Of a stretch of DNA of 64,000 nucleotides, positions 40,201 to 49,712 are shown piece after piece (the stretch's first letter is position 1; the number at the start of each line of letters is the position of its first letter). Origin of the DNA: a virus; the IMG/VR virus record IMGVR_UViG_3300020420_000721, positions 22,040 to 86,039 of that record. One strand, written 5' to 3'. Below the pieces are notes generated by a model. It saw only the letters and a program-made list of their open reading frames with translations, did not search any database and was not told the origin of the DNA. A program made the translations under genes and the position numbers.

Positions 40201-42341
40201 GCCGCAAATTCAGAACGGATATTTGCTCTGTCTGTTGTTGCTGAAGCGATATCGCCTTCGTTAGTAGTTACTCTGCCTTGTAAAGCAGTCATTTCGCCAT
40301 CAGTAGTTGCGATTTCAGAATCTAAATTATCTTGTACGACTTTAATCGCCGCATCTAATTTATTATCTGCATCAACCATTGATGTTGCTGTTGAAATGTG
40401 GTTAGCAGTAGCTGACGGTGTGTATGAACCATCTGCACCAATACCGAGACCGGTTTGTGTTGCATCTAATTCAGTTTGAATTGCACCTTCTGCCGCTGTA
40501 GCACGAGTTTCCTCTGCATCTACATCTGCTACTCTTGCTGTAGTTTCCGCCGCGATAGCATCTGCATTTGTTTTAGCTTGAGTATCAAGTAATCCTAATG
40601 CCGCTTTTGTTGACGTTGCTGAGTCAATGTAGTTAGATGTTGTGTGAGGAGCATAAGTTCCGTCAGCATTTAAGCCAACAGATGCTTCTACAGTATTTAC
40701 AGCCGCCGCGTTTGCGTTAACTAAACCAGTTAGAGTTGTATCAGCTGTTTGGAATGCTGAAACGATCTCTGCTAGTGAGTCTAGAGCCGCTGGGTCTGTA
40801 TTTGATATAATGTCGTTGATTGACGCTAGGTTAGTTGCAATGTCGCCTTCTGTAGTTGTTAGACGTGTGTCTAATGCATCTACTTCGCCGTGTACTTCAT
40901 TGATAGCACCGCCAATAGTTGTAGCAGTTGTATCTAATGGAGTAGAACCTAAGTCACCAAGTACATCTTCAATAGCTTGGACTTCAGTCTGTAGAGTGTC
41001 AACGTTTCCTTCTTCAGTAGTTAGACGTGTATCTAAATTTCCGTCTGCTACAATACGAGCATCTTCTTCAATTGCTAAAGATGAGTCTAATACTTCAATA
41101 GCACTTTTAAGTGATACTGCCGCACCTACATAAGTTCCTGTAGCAATCGGCATGAATGAGCCGTCGTCTTCTAAGCCTGCGCCTTGCTGTGTTAAATCAA
41201 GTTCGCCTTGAATGTTGCTGTCCGCCGCCGCAAAATCAGTTCTTATTGATGTATCTGCCGCCGCTCTTGCGTTAGTTTCAGTCACCAAGTTAGCCGCAAT
41301 TACGCCTTCTGCTGTTAGTGCTCTTGAAGCTTCGGCATCTACTTCGCCGTGTACTTCGTTTAAGCCAGCTGATAAGTCAGTAGCTGTAGTATCTAGAGCC
41401 GCTGTACCAATCTTGTTAGCGTTTGCTGTAATTGATGTTTGTAGTGTAGTGTCTGCCGCTTTGTATGCAGTATCAACAGCTTTAAGAGCCGTGTCAATTG
41501 CTACAGTTGCGCCATGAAGCGAAGTTGAAGTTGCGATGTAATTGGCTGTGCCAGAAGCAGTATAACTTCCGTCTGCCGCTAAACCTGAACCTACTTGTGT
41601 TGCGTCGAGTTCTGATTGTGTTGCATCTACTTTGCCTTCTATACGTGCTTCTTCGCCAGTTGCACGTGTAGTTTCTGTAGTAATTAATCCAGTGTTTGCT
41701 ATTACAGAAGCTTCTAATGCAGTATCAGCTGTTTGAAAAGATGATACAATTTCTGTTAGCGAGTCAAGTGCCGCTGGATCAACATTGTTAGTTATGAAAT
41801 CAACCTGGTTTTGTAGACTTGTATCAGCCGCCTGGTATGCTGTGTCTACTGCCTTGATTGCCGCGTCAAGTTTACCATCTGCATCAACTAATGAAGTTGC
41901 TGTTGCTAGATAGTTAGTTGTCGCATCTGCAGAGTACGTACCATCTGTACCTAAACCTGCACCTAATTGAGTAGCATCTACTTCACTTGATAACGTATCA
42001 ATGTTACCTTGTAGTGTTGTATCTGCCGCCGCACGATCAGTTGCTTCTGTTGCTACAGCTGAAGCAATATCTGCCGCCACTGCTGTTTGAGCTCTTACGT
42101 CTGTAAAGTATAAGTTAGTTGAACCTTCTCCTAAACTATCGGAATCAAATGATCCAATAAAAGAAGATGCAGTTACTTTACGTAGCCCGCCTGAAGTCGT
42201 ATCGTGTATTAGGAATGAGTCTAGAGATGGCGCTGAGATAGACGCTACAGGTGTTTGGCCAGAAACTGCTGTTACGTCTAGTTTGGTTTCAATCACCGCC
42301 TGGTTGGCCAGGGCTGGTGTTTTTATCTGTCTAAATGCCAT
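37287..42341 (-). CDS. Very long repeat-built fibre protein (~1680 aa)
   Basis: A/T/D-rich coiled coils with recurring modules; C-terminal YRSAKYIIQ..YITEYA domain; GGAG RBS before MAFRQ. Confidence 0.85.
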   Translation of the reverse strand: MAFRQIKTPALANQAVIETKLDVTAVSGQTPVASISAPSLDSFLIHDTTSGGLRKVTASSFIGSFDSDSLGEGSTNLYFTDVRAQTAVAADIASAVATEATDRAAADTTLQGNIDTLSSEVDATQLGAGLGTDGTYSADATTNYLATATSLVDADGKLDAAIKAVDTAYQAADTSLQNQVDFITNNVDPAALDSLTEIVSSFQTADTALEASVIANTGLITTETTRATGEEARIEGKVDATQSELDATQVGSGLAADGSYTASGTANYIATSTSLHGATVAIDTALKAVDTAYKAADTTLQTSITANANKIGTAALDTTATDLSAGLNEVHGEVDAEASRALTAEGVIAANLVTETNARAAADTSIRTDFAAADSNIQGELDLTQQGAGLEDDGSFMPIATGTYVGAAVSLKSAIEVLDSSLAIEEDARIVADGNLDTRLTTEEGNVDTLQTEVQAIEDVLGDLGSTPLDTTATTIGGAINEVHGEVDALDTRLTTTEGDIATNLASINDIISNTDPAALDSLAEIVSAFQTADTTLTGLVNANAAAVNTVEASVGLNADGTYAPHTTSNYIDSATSTKAALGLLDTQAKTNADAIAAETTARVADVDAEETRATAAEGAIQTELDATQTGLGIGADGSYTPSATANHISTATSMVDADNKLDAAIKVVQDNLDSEIATTDGEMTALQGRVTTNEGDIASATTDRANIRSEFAAADLTLQGNIDTLSGEVDDTQTGAGLAADGSYVANATTNYLPTATSLKDATEKLDTQSKVNADAIAAEIVDREADVDAEQARAEGEEARIETKIDNEVTRSTAADAVHTADILTNAGNITTLDGRMTTAEGNINIEKGRIDDILQGADGALDTLKEIGDAFAAADSSLQTLITNNGTAITTLNNEMDAVEGDISSLEALVGDVASTPLATTATSLGGAINEIHGEIDANLTEVANTQAALGLNADGSYSAHTGSNHLDDATTMKGALTALDSAIATNANAITTGDAAVTTAFQAADAGIVSDYEAADVVLTQAIDTAESSIGLNADGSYTAPATSNYLGTTATVKAGLVALDTQAKANADNLTTEIADRISAVTAEATARGNADTTLQNNIDAESARAQGVEGALDTRLTSAEGEITATQTGAGLAADGTYAADATTNYLSAGTSLKDADKKLDTALKTADDRAIAAEGALDTRLTTAEGEVDSLQTFTGEGTALDTTSATLAGAVNEMHGEADAIDARLTVAEGDIATNLASINNIISNTDPAALDSLTEIVTEFQNADSTLTGLVTANLNEINAIETGAGLGTDGTYTAPAGTNYLATASSLSNADEALDTAIKAVDTAYKAADAAHDTAIAARLEKAGGTMAGAIDMGSNGISNVAAPTLAGDAVNLGYLTSSLSSQHISAFTSDDLAEGAGNLYYLDSRSRAAISLVDSTTRGGVASYDSSTGVISVNADHSVLDATDVTDTTFAGQEGKVLAVNGAETGMELIDVSHLAFANANRITINGDGTTQTFALGFDTTQVAAMVFVGGVVQDPTTHYSIDSTAGTITFTDPIPTGSQAVVISHMLGAVPYLETASVTFDKFSADIKAYVQQSAVTATNGGTPVDTFSGTAYRSAKYIIQVDNGAGEYETREALVVHDGTTAYITEYALVYTGAALLGDATVAMNGNDVQLFYTSNGGNVTVKVISTYIDV

Positions 42342-42479
42342 TTTAGATTTCTCCAATCAATATATTGATTGCCCCACTATCTTAGTGGAACGTTTGTCAC
42401 AGAATAGTCGCTATCAAGGAGATAACAGTCTGCGACAATGTATTTATTCAAGATTTATGGGGTTTATGTACTTATGTAA

Positions 42480-43526
42480 TTAAACTGGCAGATATCGAAT
42501 ATCTACCACTGCGTCCTGAGCAGGAGCATTATTGAGAGTTAGTACTGTACCAACTATACTATATTGTTGTGGTGGAATAATAGCACCATCTACTATTACT
42601 AATACACTTTGTTCATTGTGTCCTGGATTAACATCATATGTAACTTGTCCGCCATCACCAGTATATTGGTCACTAGTGTATGTAAAATTTAAGTGTCTTT
42701 CTTCAACACTTCTCAATGGTAGATCAGAAAATGTAGCAAATGGGTATCTATATTTTATAAAAATATCAGTGCCAGAAGGAGGAGTGATCAAAAACTGAAC
42801 TGTATCGTTCTGTAATGTCCACGCCTCCCCTGGTCTTTGCAAAACATCATTCACATAAACGTCTAATGCTTCTGCAGATGCTGGTGTATGATTTAAATCA
42901 TATACCGTCTGCATACCATCACCGGTAAATGCTTGTGATGCAGGGATAGTACCCGCTTGAACTTGAGCTCCGCCGGAACCAGGAGTAAAATTTCCTAGTC
43001 CAACGTTGCCAACATATCTTGCTCCAGCTATATAGATAACTTTGCCGTCCACAACATAAGAGGGAAGCGAATCTCCTATGAAATGTAGAACTCCAGATGC
43101 ATAGTCAAAAAACCACTCATCACTACCAGTACCGTCCGGGAATAAACGTGTACCAGATGTTTGAGGGTCACCAGCACCCGGGTCATCTATATATACTTTT
43201 ACTTGATATGTTGAACCAAATTCAACAGGTATCCAGTCTACTAGACTGGTTTTCCATGTACGTAAAGGTGTTGCAGTATTATCCATAACCGTCTCGACTG
43301 ACGTGCTAAGATAATCTGTATGAACCTGAACATACTCGGAACTTGTTTGTGGCAAAGTTGAAGGAATTTGATCTGCCTGTGTCCAGATCCTATCGCCACG
43401 AATTAGTAATGGAGAACTAATACTTTCGTTACTAGCACTCTTACGATCTTTATCGTCGGTCTTCGTGATACCATAACCTAGCTTTTTCCAAAGATAGTCT
43501 ACTTTTTTTGTATCTTGGATTGCCAT
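42480..43526 (-). CDS. Virion structural protein with two C-terminal beta repeats
   Basis: FTGDG..YVNDVLQRP and YTGDG..VDGAII repeats. Confidence 0.65.
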   Translation of the reverse strand: MAIQDTKKVDYLWKKLGYGITKTDDKDRKSASNESISSPLLIRGDRIWTQADQIPSTLPQTSSEYVQVHTDYLSTSVETVMDNTATPLRTWKTSLVDWIPVEFGSTYQVKVYIDDPGAGDPQTSGTRLFPDGTGSDEWFFDYASGVLHFIGDSLPSYVVDGKVIYIAGARYVGNVGLGNFTPGSGGAQVQAGTIPASQAFTGDGMQTVYDLNHTPASAEALDVYVNDVLQRPGEAWTLQNDTVQFLITPPSGTDIFIKYRYPFATFSDLPLRSVEERHLNFTYTSDQYTGDGGQVTYDVNPGHNEQSVLVIVDGAIIPPQQYSIVGTVLTLNNAPAQDAVVDIRYLPV

Positions 43527-43527
43527 A

Positions 43528-45336
43528 TTATGAAGCCGCCACGAATTTTATTGATGATATACTATCACCACTCTCTAATTTAAACCTAATAACGATCGTG
43601 TTATCTATTGCATTTGAACTAGATTCAGTACCAAATGTTATATTAATTGTTTCATTGTTTACTGTTTGATTTAATGTTGTAGTACCTGCTAGTCCACAAC
43701 CATTTGAACCATTTCCTCCTGCTCCTGTATTTGCTCCTGGAACACCACTTCCTTCATAAGGTAAACTGGTATCTATCCAACCATTAATTGTACTGGTATT
43801 ATCAATAGAAGTGCCAGGTACTCTTACCCAACATCCACTAATTTTACCAGACCATTGCATAGCAAATTTGGAAACAGCTGATCTATTAAATGCGAAATTT
43901 ATATATTGACTACTATCTCTACCAATTATTCCTAAATCAGGACCTACTGGAAGATAGCCAACACTATAATTTGTTGTATCATGTGTCACAACGCCACCAA
44001 CAATAGTGGCATCATGATCATTAAGTGTAGAAGTCTCTCCTACCCAGTTAGTAAATGTTGTTGGTTCAGTAGGATTGTCACCGTCTATTGTTTCAATCCT
44101 TCTGGCATCACCTGAACCAAAACCAACATTTTGAACTAGTACTTTTGTTTCATCTACTGGATAACCACTAGTGACATCGTCATTCATATAAAGAATTCTG
44201 TCAGCAACATCTAAATTAACTGTTGTACTTTGATAACTGTTTGTTACTGATAATCTAGGACCTTTATTAGGAGAACTAATACCTGTACCTGTTTTCACTG
44301 TAGTTTGTAAATTGATTGTAGCTGTGCCGCTACTAACTAGATAATTTCTAGGGAGAGGGGTAGTAATACTTTGAGCTTGATATGTAGTTGATGATAATGT
44401 ATTAACACCACTGCCATTATCATTTCCAGCCGAAGTAATGAATGAATCTGTTGCTGGATAAAAATCACCACTGAGTCTATTAACATCAAAACTTACATCA
44501 AAAATTTGTGAACTTGTATAATGTGGAACTGTGGAACTATAAACTAAACTTTCTGTAGCATCGGGTGATATAGAAACATTAGTTGCCTGTGGTGCACCTG
44601 GATTACTTTGATCACTATACCATATAATTGTATTTGTTTCATTACCTGCGTGTTGAATTTTTATATTGTTCCAACCTTCTGAAACACTGTTAACACCTTG
44701 TCCTCTTACATTATAAACAAAATGAAAACCCAAAGCCTCTCCTGTTATTGTTCCAAAATCTACATTGTTAGAAATAATAAGTTTATCTGTATCAGTTGTT
44801 GTTCCATCATTTATATCTGCTGTCAGTTCTTTTGAAACTGTAGATACATTATTACGTATAACTTCAACTGTACCAGTATCTCCTGGACCAATCTGTGCCA
44901 ATGTGTTTGTATTAAAGTCATTATTTCTTAATACACGTTGAACTGTTTCACCCGGAGTGGCTGATAACCCAGTTCCTGTATGATCTGTTTGTGTAAAATC
45001 TGTAATTCTGTATGATTGTGTTCCTGATACGGATAAAGTTTTTGTTGAAATATCATCAGGACCATCAGGTGTTAGTTTATCTAATGTATTAATAACTGAA
45101 TCTATTCTACCATCAATTAATGTTTGTAATTGTGTAAGATCAAGGTTTAAACTGCCTGTGTTATTATCTACATAATATTTTGTAACTGCGTCTTGATCAT
45201 TAACAGGATCTTGAAGATTGACCACTCTTTTCGTTGATACATCAATATTCTTGTCTGTTGCACCACTGTCAAGTTTTAGATCGCTATCTTCACTAGGCTT
45301 GATTTTATTCTGATTGTGATTTATATTTATTGCCAA
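43528..45336 (-). CDS. Virion structural/fibre-like protein
   Basis: TTG start; RVVNLQDPVNDQDAVTKYYVD neck-like motif; T/S/G/N-rich. Confidence 0.65.
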   Translation of the reverse strand: MAININHNQNKIKPSEDSDLKLDSGATDKNIDVSTKRVVNLQDPVNDQDAVTKYYVDNNTGSLNLDLTQLQTLIDGRIDSVINTLDKLTPDGPDDISTKTLSVSGTQSYRITDFTQTDHTGTGLSATPGETVQRVLRNNDFNTNTLAQIGPGDTGTVEVIRNNVSTVSKELTADINDGTTTDTDKLIISNNVDFGTITGEALGFHFVYNVRGQGVNSVSEGWNNIKIQHAGNETNTIIWYSDQSNPGAPQATNVSISPDATESLVYSSTVPHYTSSQIFDVSFDVNRLSGDFYPATDSFITSAGNDNGSGVNTLSSTTYQAQSITTPLPRNYLVSSGTATINLQTTVKTGTGISSPNKGPRLSVTNSYQSTTVNLDVADRILYMNDDVTSGYPVDETKVLVQNVGFGSGDARRIETIDGDNPTEPTTFTNWVGETSTLNDHDATIVGGVVTHDTTNYSVGYLPVGPDLGIIGRDSSQYINFAFNRSAVSKFAMQWSGKISGCWVRVPGTSIDNTSTINGWIDTSLPYEGSGVPGANTGAGGNGSNGCGLAGTTTLNQTVNNETINITFGTESSSNAIDNTIVIRFKLESGDSISSIKFVAAS

Positions 45337-45487
45337 GTTTCGCTTCCTTACTTGTAGGTTCCGTTTACTCTACATTATACATAGTAAAAAATTTACATAA
45401 AACAATTTTCCCTATTCCCGTGGATATTTGTTTCATGTTTTATATACTGTTAATTATATTTATCTTTGTAGTTAATTTTTTCTAGAT

Positions 45488-45518
45488 AAAAAAAGGGCGG
45501 CCCCCGAAAGGACCGCCC
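45488..45518 (-). terminator. Terminator after the major capsid gene
   Basis: GGGCGG..CCGCCC stem followed by a T run. Confidence 0.85.
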
Positions 45519-45544
45519 AAATTAGTGTAACCACTACCTATCTA

Positions 45545-46708
45545 TTATGAGAATGATAGGTTACCAGCATTAACATCGATTTTGCTTAGGTAGTCTGCCG
45601 CATTACCAAGTGATGAAGCCTGGTTTTGTAGCTCTACGTAACCGTAACGTGTCATAAATGACACTGTTGGTTCGAATGTTGCTGGATCTAGTACTGTACC
45701 AGATGACATTAGTGGAATGTATGGGCAATAGAAAGCCGCCGCATCGATTTCACCGTCACCTTTGTAACCTACTAGGATCGGTGTAGAATCATTTGCATAT
45801 TGGTCAACAAATACTCTTAGTGTGTTGTTAAGTGTACCTACAAATTTAGTGTTTGTTGGTGCTTCAAATGGACCTTCTGTAGTACGTGCAAATGCTGAAG
45901 TTGTAGCAGATTGTAGTACTGTTAAGATTGTCGGTGAAACAACAACGTAGTTACCTGCACCACGACGTGTTCTTGCCGCGATTAGGTTAGCTGATCTGTT
46001 GATTAATACTGCTAAAGCCGCGTGTTGGTCTCCAACGAATGTTGCTTGACCTGATACGTTAGCTTGGTCGTATGAGTCAACAGCCGCACCTGCTAGGTTT
46101 CTTAAGCTGTTTAGTACTTCTTGGTCGATTTCAGCTGTAATTTCTTGTGCTAAAGCCTGCATAATTTCTGCTTCTACATCAAGACCGTGCATTGATTGAG
46201 CATCTTGTGCCGCTTCAAATGTCCATCTTGCTGATAGTTTTCTTGTTTTAGCTTCTACAGTCTGTTTTAGAACCTGGATGCTTAATTTACGGCCAGCTTC
46301 TGCTTCTAAGTTTGAAGTTGAAGTTGCTGTGCCTGTTGAAGCATCACCAGCATAGCCTTTTGCAATAGCAAATGGTGAAAGTGCTTCATCACCAGCTGTT
46401 GCTGTGCCTGCTGTTTCTGAGTAACGCACACGTAGAGTGTGAATTTGGCCTACTGGGCCTTGCATAGGCTGAACACCAACAAGTTCGTTTGCAATAACTG
46501 TTGGCATTACACGACGGATAACTGGAAGGATCACTTTGTTAAGTGTCGCAATGTTGCCTGCCATAGTTGAACCGCTTGCCGCGGCTTCTGACAAGTATGA
46601 TTTAGTGTTTTCTAGAACACTCTCCATTACAACCTTCTTGTTGCCTGCCAGACCGTCTGTAAGAGCGTCTTTTGTAACACTCCAGTTTTCAAATAGTTTT
46701 TCTGACAT
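45545..46708 (-). CDS. Major capsid protein (T4 gp23-like)
   Basis: VGVQPMQGPVG, AKTRKL.ARWT.E.AQD..HGLD, FYCPYIPL and MTRYG. Confidence 0.96.
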   Translation of the reverse strand: MSEKLFENWSVTKDALTDGLAGNKKVVMESVLENTKSYLSEAAASGSTMAGNIATLNKVILPVIRRVMPTVIANELVGVQPMQGPVGQIHTLRVRYSETAGTATAGDEALSPFAIAKGYAGDASTGTATSTSNLEAEAGRKLSIQVLKQTVEAKTRKLSARWTFEAAQDAQSMHGLDVEAEIMQALAQEITAEIDQEVLNSLRNLAGAAVDSYDQANVSGQATFVGDQHAALAVLINRSANLIAARTRRGAGNYVVVSPTILTVLQSATTSAFARTTEGPFEAPTNTKFVGTLNNTLRVFVDQYANDSTPILVGYKGDGEIDAAAFYCPYIPLMSSGTVLDPATFEPTVSFMTRYGYVELQNQASSLGNAADYLSKIDVNAGNLSFS

Positions 46709-46721
46709 GGTATACTCCTTA

Positions 46722-47819
46722 TTAATTGATACCGGCTAGTTTTTTAAGGTTAATAATCTCAGCATCACTTTCAGTGTCCTGTGTGTGAGCCTTGTTACCT
46801 GTAATCTCAGTCATCTGAGAAGTTTCTGTTAATTGCGTCTTAATTTTTGCAGTTTTACCTTCTGCTAGTACAGTTGGTAAATATTTCTTGAACTGTGTAT
46901 CTAGTTTTTCAGTTTGGACACTTTCAAGTAAATTGTGCATTAATTCACGCTTATCTTTTGCTAGAGGGGCTAATAGATCTGCTAATTTTCCAGCTCTTTC
47001 GTTTGCTTCTGCAATACGTTGAGCTTTCTTTTCAGCGTCAGTAATTAGAGCCTCTTTTTCAGCTACTGTCTTAGACGATTCTGCTAGTGCATCTTTCGCT
47101 TCAGCCAGTTGCTTCGAAAGTTTTGAAATTTCAGTACCTTCGGCTAGGTGAGAACTCATAAATTCTGCCGCAAATGTTTCAAATAGTTTTCTTCCGAACA
47201 TATTTTCTTTTGCAGTTTGAATGTCTTCTTTAAGTGTGCCTAACTCGCTTTTAATTGTTTTATCAACAATTGATGCAAGTTTAGTAGCAGACTTGTCTAT
47301 GAACTCACGCTTCGCCTCAGCAATGATCTCTTTACCTTCCTTGACAAGTTTTACCTTTTGCTCCACTAGGTCTTTCTTGTCTTTGTGGAATTCATTAAGT
47401 TCTGAAGTTAGTTGTTCCATTACGAAATCTTCTAACTTGGCGAAGTTCTGTTCTTGTTTAGTACGATCACCACGTAATTCTGCGATCTCTTTTTTAAGAG
47501 TCTCCATTACGAACTGATCTAGAAGTTTTGCGTGTTCAGCAATTTTAGCTTCGTATTTTACTTTTGCTTCTACTGCTGACTGCTTATCCGCTTGGAATTC
47601 TTTTAATTCTTTTGTAATGGTATCTTTAAGCATTGCATCCAACGCTTCTACCATATTCTCTTTGTCATTTTCATAACGCTGAGCGAATTCTTCACGAAGT
47701 TCTGATGTAATTTCTTCACGTGCTTCGGAAAGTTTTGATTCCCAAGCTTCGCCAAGAGTTTTACGTACTTCTTCAGAAAGCACTTCTGAACTTAGGAGTT
47801 GTTCGATTGCATGAGTCAT
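46722..47819 (-). CDS. Prohead scaffolding protein (gp22-like)
   Basis: Coiled-coil protein between the protease and capsid genes. Confidence 0.85.
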   Translation of the reverse strand: MTHAIEQLLSSEVLSEEVRKTLGEAWESKLSEAREEITSELREEFAQRYENDKENMVEALDAMLKDTITKELKEFQADKQSAVEAKVKYEAKIAEHAKLLDQFVMETLKKEIAELRGDRTKQEQNFAKLEDFVMEQLTSELNEFHKDKKDLVEQKVKLVKEGKEIIAEAKREFIDKSATKLASIVDKTIKSELGTLKEDIQTAKENMFGRKLFETFAAEFMSSHLAEGTEISKLSKQLAEAKDALAESSKTVAEKEALITDAEKKAQRIAEANERAGKLADLLAPLAKDKRELMHNLLESVQTEKLDTQFKKYLPTVLAEGKTAKIKTQLTETSQMTEITGNKAHTQDTESDAEIINLKKLAGIN

Positions 47820-48463
47820 TTCGTTCTCCTAATATCTAAGTTTGTTATAAATTTAAGTACCTCTTCTTGTAAGTACTTCTGCGCCGCATCATCATGGTTA
47901 GTGGCTTTTGCAACATCTAATAAAATGTTAGATCTATTGCCTTGCATAATTTGTTCGACAAGCGGTGTAGGATACGCATCAGGTGCACTTGGGTTAGCAA
48001 CAATATCAACTGTTACCATCTCAAAGTCTGACACTTTTCCGTCACCAGTTACATTACCAGTTCCTCTTGATGATACGCCTAATTTTACGTCGTTCTCCAG
48101 TAAGGTTTTACAAATATTTCCCATTGGAGTCGGAAGTAGTTTTAGACGTCCGTAACCATCCGCACCATTCATCCACATCTTTTCGATCATGTGAGACACA
48201 CGATCTAAATTTACTTGTAGATCATCCGGATGATCAGCTTCACCTAATATATTATATCCCTCTTCGATTTTTTGCTGAATTGCAGTTACAGCTTTACTAA
48301 TTTCGGTTATAGGATAAATTCTTTGGTTCTGATTACGTTTGTCACCTTGTACAAAGATGCCTTCCATATACAGGCTTTTACCACCTTTACCATCGTCTAA
48401 AGACTCGGTAATGATGTTAGCCTGATTATATGTAAGTCTTTCTGTAATCAGTTTGTTTGACAT
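47816..48463 (-). CDS. Prohead protease (gp21-like)
   Basis: NQNQRIY, GEADHP, VSH, GVSSRG and DIVANPSAPDA. Confidence 0.95.
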   Translation of the reverse strand: MSNKLITERLTYNQANIITESLDDGKGGKSLYMEGIFVQGDKRNQNQRIYPITEISKAVTAIQQKIEEGYNILGEADHPDDLQVNLDRVSHMIEKMWMNGADGYGRLKLLPTPMGNICKTLLENDVKLGVSSRGTGNVTGDGKVSDFEMVTVDIVANPSAPDAYPTPLVEQIMQGNRSNILLDVAKATNHDDAAQKYLQEEVLKFITNLDIRRTK

Positions 48464-48465
48464 AA

Positions 48466-49374
48466 TTATTCAGCCTTGCCTTTTTTCTCAGCACCGTGGC
48501 CTTTTGGTTCAGCTTTTAGTTCTGCTCCATCAGATGGACCTTTAACGCCCATGTCTTTTGGTGCAGGTGCTTTACCACCTTCTTCTTTACCACCAGCAAA
48601 ATCAACCGGACCACCGTTTGATTCTACTTCTTTAGTGCCTGGACCTACTGGAGAAGCTTTACCATCGTCGCCTGCTGGCATATCGACAGGATGGACTGCA
48701 CCATCTTTACCGATTTTTTCCAATTTTGCTTCTTCTTCTAGTTCCTCTTTAGCGTCTTCAGCTTTGTCGTCAGCTTTAGCTTCTTCAACTGCTTCTTCAT
48801 CTGCGTCTTTTGCATCTGCTTCTGCTTTTGTTTCTGCTACTGCTTCTTCCATTTCTGGTTCCATTGCTGGCATTTCTTCGTCAGCTTCTGGTTCAGCGTC
48901 GTCGCCCATTAGCTTGGCAAATTCAGCTTTAAGATCTGCTAGTGCATCGTCAACTTTCACTAGTTTATCTTCAATATCTTTATGTTCTTCTTCGTGTCCG
49001 TCTGTTTCACCGTCACCGTCGAAGTCCATATCGTCATCTTTTTTATCTTCTGCATCGTCAGTTGCTAATTCCATTTCAGCTTCAGCTTCTTCGCCTTCTT
49101 CTTTGTCTTCACCGAAAGCCTCTTCTGCTTCAATTTCTTCTTTATCTGACTCGATATCATCAATGAAGTCTGTAGCTTGATCATCGGAAATTTGTTCTTC
49201 AACTTCCTCTGCGTTAGCTACTTGATCTTCTACAATATCGTCTTGCTCCACGAGATCACTCCAGATCTCACGAGCTTTTTCTACGAAAGCCTCGTGCATT
49301 AGTTCAGAAGCTTTTGCTTCTTCACCGTTTACTAGACTCTCAATAATCTTTGTATAACGATCTTGAGCACTCAT
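48466..49374 (-). CDS. Acidic prohead core protein (gp67-like position)
   Basis: Extremely D/E-rich; between the portal and protease genes. Confidence 0.65.
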   Translation of the reverse strand: MSAQDRYTKIIESLVNGEEAKASELMHEAFVEKAREIWSDLVEQDDIVEDQVANAEEVEEQISDDQATDFIDDIESDKEEIEAEEAFGEDKEEGEEAEAEMELATDDAEDKKDDDMDFDGDGETDGHEEEHKDIEDKLVKVDDALADLKAEFAKLMGDDAEPEADEEMPAMEPEMEEAVAETKAEADAKDADEEAVEEAKADDKAEDAKEELEEEAKLEKIGKDGAVHPVDMPAGDDGKASPVGPGTKEVESNGGPVDFAGGKEEGGKAPAPKDMGVKGPSDGAELKAEPKGHGAEKKGKAE

Positions 49375-49517
49375 AATAATCTCCTTTTATTCCACCTCTA
49401 ATCATAGAGGTAGGTTAATACACACTTATTTAATGTATCTTGGTTAATAGTAAAGCAATTAACGATTAAAATTGCTGTTTTGGAGGGGTATTTTAGAAAA
49501 ATGGGTAATAGTGGGTT

Positions 49518-49712
49518 TTATTCGCCCTGTGGTCGAGCATACATATCTTTCCACTGTTCTACTTGTTCTAAGTGTTCAGCTTTGCTCATTTCACGTTGTT
49601 GACGCATTTTTTGTAGATGTCTTAATGTTAAACGAGGTCTGCGTGTATCGTCTAGATCCCATTTACCATAATTATCATCTTTTACAGTACGATTAACTTC
49701 ACTAAATCTCAT
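49518..49712 (-). CDS. Small head-module protein
   Basis: Likely start MRFSEV with GGAG RBS; DTRRPRLTLRHL motif. Confidence 0.65.
   Translation of the reverse strand: MRFSEVNRTVKDDNYGKWDLDDTRRPRLTLRHLQKMRQQREMSKAEHLEQVEQWKDMYARPQGE

Noticed and set aside
37287-42341. Fibre repeats as a CRISPR array or DGR template/variable repeats
   Set aside because: Repeats are in-frame protein modules with synonymous divergence; no adenine-specific pattern noticed and no reverse transcriptase or cas gene in the window
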